This document shows positions 27,437 through 35,450 of a stretch of 64,000 nucleotides of DNA, in pieces; the stretch's first letter is position 1; each line of letters starts with the position of its first letter. Made by a program: the position numbers and the translations under genes. This DNA comes from an uncultured Thermoleophilia bacterium (GTDB taxonomy: Bacteria > Actinomycetota > Thermoleophilia > UBA2241), in NCBI GenBank assembly GCA_903927755.1, contig CAIYOD010000028.1:20374-84373 (forward strand), in the 5' to 3' direction. The notes below the pieces were generated by a model, which was given only the letters and a program-made list of their open reading frames with translations, made no database searches and had not been told where the DNA came from.

Positions 27437-28864
27437 CTAGCTGCCCGACTGCGCCGTCACCCGGCCCGAATCCACCGCCTCGCGCAGGGCGTCGTAGTCG
27501 CTCTGGTTCTGCTCCGCGTACGCATCCGCGAAGTCGGCGACGGCGCGGTCGAAGATGTCGCCGACGCCCAGGTAGGCGGCAATCGCGATGCGGTCGCCCG
27601 AACGCGCGTGCGCGCGAGCCAGCACCCAGGAGCACATCATCGCGTACGTGTGCCACGCGCCCTCGGTCATCGCCCCGACGTTGAACGACCCCTTGCCGTC
27701 CCAGAGCTGGCGCACGTAGAAGTCGTAGGGTCTGCCGTCGAACCCGGTCACGCTGTACCAGCCGAGCAGGATGTCGCCGACCGCCTGCATCAGCCGCTGG
27801 CCCTCGACCACGCGCCGCCCGGAGTTGCGGAACCGGCTGCGTCCGACGAAGCGCTCCAGGACGGAGGCCTGCGCCTGCTTGGCCTGAAGGAACAGCGGGT
27901 CGCCCTCGTCGCGGCCGAAGAACAGCAGGACCCAGGCGCGGGTGCCGACGCTGCCGACCCCGACGACCTTGCGCGCCATGTCCCGGTAGCGGTAGAGGTC
28001 ATACGCCGCTCGCCGGTCTTTCGGCAGCGTCTCCCGGTAGTTGCGGAGAGCTTCCTCCACGGCATGCGTGAAGCGCGCCCGCTCGTCGCCCGCGAGCAGC
28101 TCTCGGGCGGGCACCAGCAGCGGCGGGTCGCTGCGGAGCCGCGTCTTCCCCTCCACCTCGGCGGTGAGGCGGGAGAGCGCGCGGAGGTCGTGCTTCATCT
28201 CCGCGCGTGACATGTCCTTGGCCATCCGCTTAGCGTCCTTGCCTCCAAGCGACGTGAGGTGGTTCTGGATGAGGTCGGCGTCGAGCCGCGTGTACCAGAG
28301 GTCGATGGCGCGCTTCTCGGCCATCTCCAGCATCGCCTCGCGATAGGCGCGTACGCAGTGCATGACGATCGACCGCCGCGTGGACGCGGCGTAGCCGTGG
28401 TCGCGCGCCGCGATCTCGAAGCTGACCGCGAGGCGCTTGACGTCCCACTCCCACGGCCCGGGCAGCGTCTCGTCGAAGTCGTTGATGTCGAAGACCAGCC
28501 GCCGCTCCGGCGACTGGTACAGGCCGAAGTTCATGAGGTGGCTGTCGCCGCACAGCTGGGCCGTGAGCCCGGAGTCGGGCGTCCCGGCCAGGTCCGTCGC
28601 CATGAGCAGCGCGCCGCCCCGGTAGAAGGTGCCCGGCGAGACGAGCATGCGCGCGTAGCGGAGGGGCACCAGGTCGAGGACGCGATCGGCCCCCTGCTCC
28701 TCGAGCAGGCCGACCGGATCTGGACGATCGGCGGGCGCCTCCCACCGCGCGTGCGCGGAGCGGGGCGCCTGTTTGCGCGCCGCCTTGCCGCGGGCGGCGC
28801 GCTCGGCAGGCGTGAGCTTCTTCGCCTGGGCGATCTCGGGCAGCAGTTCAACCACGGCCCTCAC
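27437..28864 (-). CDS. DUF2252 domain-containing protein
   Basis: 475-aa ORF. PVGLLEEQGADRVLDLVPLRYARMLVSPGTFYRGGALLMATDL...LCGDSHLMNFG...FDINDFDET...WEWDVKRLAVSFEIAAR matches my recollection of the DUF2252 family. Ends in TAG. Confidence 0.8.
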   Translation of the reverse strand: MRAVVELLPEIAQAKKLTPAERAARGKAARKQAPRSAHARWEAPADRPDPVGLLEEQGADRVLDLVPLRYARMLVSPGTFYRGGALLMATDLAGTPDSGLTAQLCGDSHLMNFGLYQSPERRLVFDINDFDETLPGPWEWDVKRLAVSFEIAARDHGYAASTRRSIVMHCVRAYREAMLEMAEKRAIDLWYTRLDADLIQNHLTSLGGKDAKRMAKDMSRAEMKHDLRALSRLTAEVEGKTRLRSDPPLLVPARELLAGDERARFTHAVEEALRNYRETLPKDRRAAYDLYRYRDMARKVVGVGSVGTRAWVLLFFGRDEGDPLFLQAKQAQASVLERFVGRSRFRNSGRRVVEGQRLMQAVGDILLGWYSVTGFDGRPYDFYVRQLWDGKGSFNVGAMTEGAWHTYAMMCSWVLARAHARSGDRIAIAAYLGVGDIFDRAVADFADAYAEQNQSDYDALREAVDSGRVTAQSGS

Positions 28865-28991
28865 CCCTCCAGGACGACGGCGGTACCACTCACGGTGACG
28901 ATCATCGGCTTCCCCCTCTCATGATGCGCCGGGCGGCTGCGCCGAACGATATGCTGCCGCCAAAGAAGACGCAAACACTCCGGCTTTGCCG

Positions 28992-29039
28992 GTCGGGGCG
29001 AGCCCGTCGGGGCGAGCCCGTCGAAGCGAGCCCGTCGAC
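28992..29039. repeat. 14-bp tandem repeat, 3 copies plus a partial copy
   Basis: GTCGGGGCGAGCCC GTCGGGGCGAGCCC GTCGAAGCGAGCCC GTCGAC read directly. It is not inside any convincing CDS. Confidence 0.85.
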
Positions 29040-29106
29040 TCGTCGCCCGGGCGGAGGTAATGGCCGCCTCAGCCCAGACCGTGGAGGCGGCCCAGCTTGG
29101 GCGGCT

Positions 29107-29406
29107 TCAGGAAGTGACGGAACGACCCTTCGTGCGGGTGATGAAGGCGATCTCGCCCTCGCAAGACGAGTCGAGGCGGAAGTACACGGGCTGTGCCACC
29201 GGAGGTTGCGCGGATACGCCTGCAGGCCCGTCGTGTCCAGCTGGAAGTCGTCGTAGTGCCACTCCATCTCGTAGGTCTCGAACGCCAGCCGTCGGCGAAG
29301 ACCATGGTGAGCTCCGGCGTCGTGATCCTCCCCCAGTGCCACCGGTTCAGGTACTTGGATTCGCCGCACGGAGCACGGTCCGACGCCTGGGCATGGGGGG
29401 GGTCAT
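29107..29406 (-). pseudogene. Decayed small gene (about 100 codons) broken by three single-base frameshifts, family not recognised
   Basis: Three consecutive minus-strand segments in different frames all have high GC3 and protein-like sequence. Segment 1: HAQASDRAPCGESKYLNRWHWGRITTPELTMVFADGW. Segment 2: FETYEMEWHYDDFQLDTTGLQAYPRNL. Segment 3: VAQPVYFRLDSSCEGEIAFITRTKGRSVTS-stop. ATG 29406 would join segment 1 if the C8 tract (G8 on +, 29395..29402) had one more base. Confidence 0.35.
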
Positions 29407-29535
29407 CCTGCCGGGCACTCCGAAGACGGATAGCCGACGGCTCTACATTCTGGGTGGCCGGTTTTCTGCAGCCCCCAGATGGCTATCCATCGGCTATCCG
29501 GGAATAGAGTGCCCCGCGAGTGCCCACCAGAGCAG

Positions 29536-29644
29536 CGTGGTCTGCTCGAGCGCGGTCTGCTCGAGCGCGGTCTGCTCGAGCGCGGTCTGCTCGAGCGCGG
29601 TCTGCTCGAGCGTGGTCTGCTCGAGCGCGGTCTGCTCGAGCGCG
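29536..29644. repeat. 15-bp perfect tandem repeat, 7 copies plus a partial copy
   Basis: CG(T/C)GGTCTGCTCGAG x7 read directly. Copies 1 and 6 carry T. Each unit contains the palindrome GCTCGAGC. Confidence 0.95.
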
Positions 29645-29895
29645 ACCCTTACGTCGAGCCCACCCCAGCGTCCGCGCGCCCCCTGAAAGGCTCCGGCCGC
29701 ACGAAGGCGGGTCGATCGAGGCGGTTCCGTGGCGGACGCCGACCGCATGGCCTACAACGAGTGGGACTCGCCGGACGAGCGCATGCTGCGGGGGATTTAC
29801 GAGGCCTTCGGGGTGCACTGCTCCGAGCGCCGGCGCCACCCCATTGCGGGATGACGACCCGCGGCGGCGGGCCGAACACGCACGAGTCCAGTCGC

Positions 29896-29997
29896 TCAGT
29901 GAGCGAGCAGCTGGATCACGATGGCGAGCGCGATGAAGCACATGATCATGGTCGCGAGGTAGATCCGCTCGGCCAGGATATGGCTCTTGCTCTCCAT
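29896..29997 (-). CDS. 33-aa hydrophobic small ORF (candidate small membrane protein)
   Basis: Below the ORF-track size cutoff. ATG 29997 lies 3 nt after GGAGGAG. Product: MESKSHILAERIYLATMIMCFIALAIVIQLLAH. High GC3, one TM helix. It lies 228 nt downstream of the radical SAM gene on the same strand. Confidence 0.4.
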   Translation of the reverse strand: MESKSHILAERIYLATMIMCFIALAIVIQLLAH

Positions 29998-30224
29998 GAC
30001 TCCTCCACACCAGATAGAACGTCACACTGTCCATACTGTACCCCATAAGGATGAGTTTGTCTCCGTCTAAAGGATGAGACCGTCCATCCCTGAGGAGGAG
30101 ACTCAGAGGAGGGCATCGCCTCCTGAGCTGAGGCGGGGGTGCAACGAGCTGCTGTTCTGGATGGAGTGACGGCCGGATCGACGCGGGCCGCCTCGTCGCC
30201 GCGGCGAGACCCGCCGCGGGGCGA

Positions 30225-31643
30225 TCAGCGGCCGGTCGCCGCAGCGGCGCGCTGGGGATCGGCCTGCGGCTCGATCGCCCGGAGCCTCCCCGCTATCTCC
30301 TCGAGATAGCGGCGATTGTCCGGGCGCCTCTCCCAGCGACGCACGAACCACCAGCACCACAGGTGGTCGTGCGCCACGCTCCAGCGTCGGCGAGCGAGCT
30401 GGTGGAGGAACCGCCGGAACGAGTAGAAGCGCTTGTACGCCCGCAGAAGCTCGCCCTGCAGCTCCGCCGGCGTCATCTTCAGTGGCGCGATCATCACGTG
30501 CTGGCCGTCGTAGAGCTCCCAGCGTCTGTCGACGATGCGGCCCGCCGCCTCCATCTCGTCCCACCACTCCGTGCCCGGCGCCGGCGTCAGGACGTTGAGC
30601 ATGACGGTGTCGATGTCGTGCCGAAGGGCGAAGTCCGCGGTGTCGCGGACGGTCTGGCGATCGTCGGTGTCGGCGCCGAGGACGAACATCCCGTGGGAGC
30701 GGATGCCGTACTCGTGCAGCGTGTCGACGGCGGAGACGATGTCGGCCACGGTCTGGGACTTGTGGAGAGCGTCGAGCGTGGCCTGGTCCACGGATTCCAA
30801 CCCCAGTCCGACGACCCTGCAGCCCGAGTCCCTCATGAGGCCCAGCAGCTCGGGATCCCGCACGACATCGGTGCGCACCTGTGACTGCCAGGGGATCACC
30901 ACGCCGCGCTCGATCATCAGGCGCAGCAGCGTCTTGAGGCGCTTCGCGTCCGCCGCGAAATTGTCGTCGTAGAAGAAGATGTGCTTTGGCCGTTTCTCCT
31001 CGATCTCGGCCACGACACTCTCAGCGCTGCGGTATCGGTACTTGCGCCCGAACATCGCCGTGACGGAGCAGAAGCTGCAGCCGAACGGACAGCCCCAGCT
31101 CGTCATGATGGGCGTGGACTGCATGCGCTCGTGGCCCACGATCAGCGTGAGGTCCGGCACCGGGAGCTCGTCGAGGTCCGGACAGGCGTCGCGGCGCTCG
31201 TTGTGCACGGCACGGCCGTCGCGCAGGAAGGAAAGGCCACGGATGGAGTCCAGCTCGAGGTCTCCGTATATGGCCTCCATGAGCTCGAAGATGAGACTGT
31301 CGCCCCCCTCGCCGCGGGCGACGTAGTCCACATGCCCGAGCGCCTCCTCGGCCATGAAGGTGACGTGGGCGCCGCCCATGACCACCGGCACGCCGAGACC
31401 GCGCAGCCGGTCGGCGATGGCGTAGCCCGCCGGCGCCGTGGAGGTGGTGGTCGACAGGCCCACGAGGTCCGCGCCCGCGACGTCGTCCCAGTCCACGGGC
31501 GCCATGTCGGTGCAGTAGATGCGCACGTCGTGGCCCGCGGCCTTGAGCGCCGCGCCGATCATCGGCAGACCCAGCCGCGGATAGCGCCACGGCGACATGA
31601 TGTGGACGCTGGGCGGCTCCGGCTCGATCAGGCGGATCTTCAT
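30225..31643 (-). CDS. B12-binding domain-containing radical SAM protein
   Basis: N-terminal cobalamin-binding-like Rossmann region (LGLPMIGAALKAAGHDVRIY...VGLSTTTS...VVMGGAHVTF). Radical SAM cluster motif CPFGCSFC (CxxxCxxC), followed by the TIM-barrel region. Confidence 0.9.
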   Translation of the reverse strand: MKIRLIEPEPPSVHIMSPWRYPRLGLPMIGAALKAAGHDVRIYCTDMAPVDWDDVAGADLVGLSTTTSTAPAGYAIADRLRGLGVPVVMGGAHVTFMAEEALGHVDYVARGEGGDSLIFELMEAIYGDLELDSIRGLSFLRDGRAVHNERRDACPDLDELPVPDLTLIVGHERMQSTPIMTSWGCPFGCSFCSVTAMFGRKYRYRSAESVVAEIEEKRPKHIFFYDDNFAADAKRLKTLLRLMIERGVVIPWQSQVRTDVVRDPELLGLMRDSGCRVVGLGLESVDQATLDALHKSQTVADIVSAVDTLHEYGIRSHGMFVLGADTDDRQTVRDTADFALRHDIDTVMLNVLTPAPGTEWWDEMEAAGRIVDRRWELYDGQHVMIAPLKMTPAELQGELLRAYKRFYSFRRFLHQLARRRWSVAHDHLWCWWFVRRWERRPDNRRYLEEIAGRLRAIEPQADPQRAAAATGR

Positions 31644-31746
31644 GCGATCCTCGCGCGGACTCCTTGCGCGACGACGGTCGTCACGTTCATGACCTCAGAG
31701 TACCCCGCGCGCAGGAGACGTGACCCACGTCAGCCGTCGACTCTCT

Positions 31747-32877
<1,131 letters not shown>

Positions 32878-33052
32878 GCGTCTCCTGCCGTCGGTGCCGC
32901 CCCTGGGTGTGGGGCGGCCAGGTGCCGGAGGCAGCCGGGAAGCCGGCAACCTCTGCTCGCGGCGGGCGACGCGGGCGCCGAGTCGAAAGGGAGGGACGTC
33001 AGGCGACGTGCGGAGCGAGGCTGTAAGTGTAGCAGGCTCGCGCGCAGATATC

Positions 33053-33061
33053 TGCTATACT
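33053..33061 (+). promoter_or_regulatory. Extended -10 promoter element upstream of the cold-shock gene
   Basis: TGCTATACT (TGnTATAAT-like) lies about 115 nt upstream of the csp start. This leaves a long AT-richer 5' UTR (GTCTTTTTATTTTAG), as is typical for csp genes. Confidence 0.4.
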
Positions 33062-33176
33062 GTCCCTGCGGACCGACCTGGTCCGCGGGAATTGCGACGT
33101 GACACACCGCATTTCACAGCGGTAGTCACGTCTTTTTATTTTAGTGCCCGAGTGTGGGCGAAGGGATTTGATCAGC

Positions 33177-33380
33177 ATGGCGACAGGCAAAGTCAAGTGG
33201 TTCAGCGCGGAAAAGGGTTACGGCTTCATCGAGCAGGAGGGCGGCGACGACCTCTTCGTTCACTTCTCCGAGATCCAGAGCGAGGGCTTCAAGTCCCTCG
33301 ACGAGGGTCAGGCCGTCTCGTTCGACACCGGCACCGGCAAGAACAACAAGCCGCAGGCGACGAACGTGCGGGTGCTGTAG
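33177..33380 (+). CDS. cspA: Cold-shock protein (CspA family)
   Basis: [50 protein letters not shown] contains the RNP1 (KGYGFI) and RNP2 (VFVHF-like) motifs. Ends in TAG. Confidence 0.95.
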   Translation: MATGKVKWFSAEKGYGFIEQEGGDDLFVHFSEIQSEGFKSLDEGQAVSFDTGTGKNNKPQATNVRVL

Positions 33381-33414
33381 CAGCGACAGCGCAGCCACGC
33401 AGCATTGTCTGAAA

Positions 33415-33451
33415 GGCCGGGCGGCTCTCTGAGCCGCCCGGCCTTTTCTTT
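33415..33451 (+). terminator. Rho-independent terminator
   Basis: Perfect 13-bp stem GGCCGGGCGGCTC / GAGCCGCCCGGCC with a 3-nt loop, followed by TTTTCTTT. Confidence 0.75.
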
Positions 33452-33504
33452 GGTCCCGCGCCCGAACCCGCCAGGCGCCGGGGAGACTCGCGGCCAAGTG
33501 CCGG

Positions 33505-33870
33505 TCAGGCCGCTCCGCAGAGCGTGTCACTCGGATGCAGCGCGCAGTAGCGCTCCGTCGAAGCCGTGAGCCGCGGCCGCCGGCTGATCAGCACCCACGC
33601 CACGATGCCCACGGCGAGCGCCGCGGCGACTCCGATCACGATCCAGGTGGTCGTCGAGAACGAACTTGCCGTGGACTCAGCAGCCGCCTGAGCCGCGGCC
33701 GCCAGCGGCGGTGAGATCCCGCCCCTCCCCGCCGTGCCGGCCGTGGCGATCCCGCCTCCGGCCCCGCTCCCGGTGACGTTGGCGGCGAGCGCCGCCGGTA
33801 CGAAGACGGCGACCGTAAGCAACGCCAGAAGCAGCATGCCCGCGAGCCGCCGTTGTGCTGTGATCTTCAT
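33505..33870 (-). CDS. Secreted/membrane-anchored protein, unknown function
   Basis: Signal peptide MKITAQRRLAGMLLLALLTVAVFVPAALA, a Gly/Ala-rich linker, a C-terminal TM helix (WIVIGVAAALAVGIVAWVLI) and a Cys pair at the end. Confidence 0.55.
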   Translation of the reverse strand: MKITAQRRLAGMLLLALLTVAVFVPAALAANVTGSGAGGGIATAGTAGRGGISPPLAAAAQAAAESTASSFSTTTWIVIGVAAALAVGIVAWVLISRRPRLTASTERYCALHPSDTLCGAA

Positions 33871-34050
33871 CTCTCACCTCTCAGGGGCGGGCGCCGCCTC
33901 CCGGCGATGCCTTCGCCCCCGTCGGCCGGCGGGTCATGCCCGCCTCCCCCGCCACGAGGTACCTCTTCAGCGTGTCCCGCGGAACGAGCGACAAACCCGT
34001 CGGCGCGTTCGGCCGGAGGCCGAGGCCGAGTCCTGGCGAGCGCGCGGACG

Positions 34051-34299
34051 TCAGCGGTCGCGGCGGCGGCGCAGCAGTGAGGCCGCCGCCACGAGGGCGC
34101 CGATGCCGGCCGCGACGGCCGGCACCACGACGATCGCCTTGCGGCCGACGCTCCTGGCCCTCTCGGCCGTCGCATCGGCAGCGTGCTGAAGCTCCTCGCC
34201 CAACGCAGCGAACGCCGACTGGAGCCCCTCGCGCTCGGCGACGATGTCGCTGGTGATCTCCTCGGGGGAGCGCGCCGGCTTCTTCTCAGTGTCTGCCAT
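34051..34299 (-). CDS. DUF3618-like small protein with C-terminal TM anchor
   Basis: SPEEITSDIVAEREGLQSAFAALGEEL followed by a TM helix and an RRRRDR tail. It is translationally coupled (ATGA) to the upstream gene. Confidence 0.6.
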   Translation of the reverse strand: MADTEKKPARSPEEITSDIVAEREGLQSAFAALGEELQHAADATAERARSVGRKAIVVVPAVAAGIGALVAAASLLRRRRDR

Positions 34300-34820
34300 C
34301 AGGGCCTCGCCTGGGTCGATGGAGTGCCCGGCGTCTCATCGGTCGCCGGCGCCGGCGACTCGCTCTCCGTGAGCGCCGGCGTCTCGGCGGGCACCGGAGC
34401 CGCCTTCTTCGTGGGTCTCAGTGACTTCGCCGTCTTCGAGGCCCCGTCCTTGACGGTCGCGATCGTGGTCTTCGCCTCGACCGGCGCCTGTGGCGGCGGC
34501 GCGACCTGCAGCTTCTGCAGCTTGTTCCGGCCGGCCAGGACCAGGATGGCGATGATGAGGAACAGGACGAGCGTGACGATGAGCAACGCGAGCCACGTGG
34601 GGAGGAACAACGCCAGTGCGACGGTGATGGTCGCCAGAAGGAAGCCGAGCGCGTACAGGGCGAGCAGACCGGCGGCGGCGAGCATGCCGATCGCGCCGCC
34701 GTACTCCTGGGCCTTCTTCTTGAGCTCGGCCTTGAGCAGCTCGACGTTCAGCTCGACGAGCTTCTGGCCGCGCGTCCTGATGTCCGTCAGGGACGCGGAG
34801 ATGCGCTCACGGACTCCCAT
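34299..34820 (-). CDS. Holin-X / phage-holin-3_6-like membrane protein (actinobacterial type)
   Basis: ORF trimmed to ATG 34820. It has an amphipathic N-terminus (LVELNVELLKAELKKKAQEYG), two TM helices and a Pro/Ala/Thr-rich tail. This architecture is typically found next to DUF3618 genes. Confidence 0.6.
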   Translation of the reverse strand: MGVRERISASLTDIRTRGQKLVELNVELLKAELKKKAQEYGGAIGMLAAAGLLALYALGFLLATITVALALFLPTWLALLIVTLVLFLIIAILVLAGRNKLQKLQVAPPPQAPVEAKTTIATVKDGASKTAKSLRPTKKAAPVPAETPALTESESPAPATDETPGTPSTQARP

Positions 34821-34876
34821 GGGCGGACTGTACCATCGCCCTAGTCGAGTCACACCGTTGACTCAGCGGAGTGGTG

Positions 34877-35086
34877 CTACTTCACGAGGCTGCGAACGGC
34901 GGCACGACGCCGGGGCACGGCGGCGGCGACGTCGTGCAGCGAGCAGTACAGCGCGGGGTTGTACGTCGAGAGGACGGTGTTGCAGTGAGGCGCTCCACAG
35001 ACACGCCCGCTGCCGTAGGCAGGGACCTGCTGGCTGGGTCTGCCGGCGCCGGTCTGGAGGTACGAGCCGATCACGCGGGACTTCAC
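34877..35086 (-). CDS. Small Cys/His-rich protein (putative zinc ribbon)
   Basis: 69 aa. The motif VCGAPHCNTVLSTYNPALYCSLHD (C-x4-C ... C-x2-H) suggests a metal-binding knuckle. It is the first gene of the Holin-X operon. Ends in TAG. Confidence 0.5.
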   Translation of the reverse strand: MKSRVIGSYLQTGAGRPSQQVPAYGSGRVCGAPHCNTVLSTYNPALYCSLHDVAAAVPRRRAAVRSLVK

Positions 35087-35271
35087 GACGAGGGAGAAAC
35101 GCGGAGGAGATGGTCCATCAGGCAGAGCCTTCCGTAGACCAGTTCATTCTACGCTGATTGTCGTAGGTTGGCAACCCGGCGTGAGCGGTTCATGAACCCC
35201 GGCGGCACGGGGAAGAACAGAGCGCGCGGGTCCCGCACCGGACCCGACCCGGAGCGCGAAAGGAGCGGACC

Positions 35272-35415
35272 ATGCCCGACGAGAAGCGGGATCACCCGGA
35301 CGAGATCGACGACGAGATGCCGGACATCGGTGGACCGCCATGCGGAGACATCTTCGGCACGCCCGACACCATCATCATCACCGACGACCCGACCGGCGGC
35401 GATCAGGAGGGCTGA
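35272..35415 (+). CDS. 47-aa highly acidic small ORF
   Basis: Below the ORF-track cutoff. AAAGGAG lies 7 nt before ATG 35272. Product: MPDEKRDHPDEIDDEMPDIGGPPCGDIFGTPDTIIITDDPTGGDQEG. High GC3. Confidence 0.35.
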   Translation: MPDEKRDHPDEIDDEMPDIGGPPCGDIFGTPDTIIITDDPTGGDQEG

Positions 35416-35450
35416 GCCTGACCCGCAGGCGCTCCTGGCAAGACGGCTGA

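Noticed and set aside
27299-27439. DUF2252 TAG stop in frame with the downstream PocR gene (potential read-through fusion)
   Set aside because: Both genes have their own complete domain sets. The 46 linking codons are Arg/Gly-rich with no protein-like character. Sharing a frame has a one-in-three chance and open frames are the norm at this GC content. The point is kept only as a note in the TAG survey.
29536-29644. Possible CRISPR array
   Set aside because: The 15-bp units are directly contiguous with no spacers. The unit is far shorter than CRISPR repeats, and no cas genes are present.
29729-29854. 41-codon + strand ORF VADADRMAYNEWDSPDERMLRGIYEAFGVHCSERRRHPIAG
   Set aside because: The sequence is protein-like, but it has no ribosome-binding site, no recognisable family, and sits in the decaying region. 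It could be another gene fragment.
30040-30110. Possible pylT (tRNA-Pyl), because of a TCTAAA motif in an AT-richer structured region
   Set aside because: The CTA triplet sits in a 12-nt loop, or has only a 3-bp closing stem. I could not build an acceptor stem, T-arm or the 6-bp anticodon stem expected for tRNA-Pyl. A second CTAAAA site at 43372 also lacks any cloverleaf.
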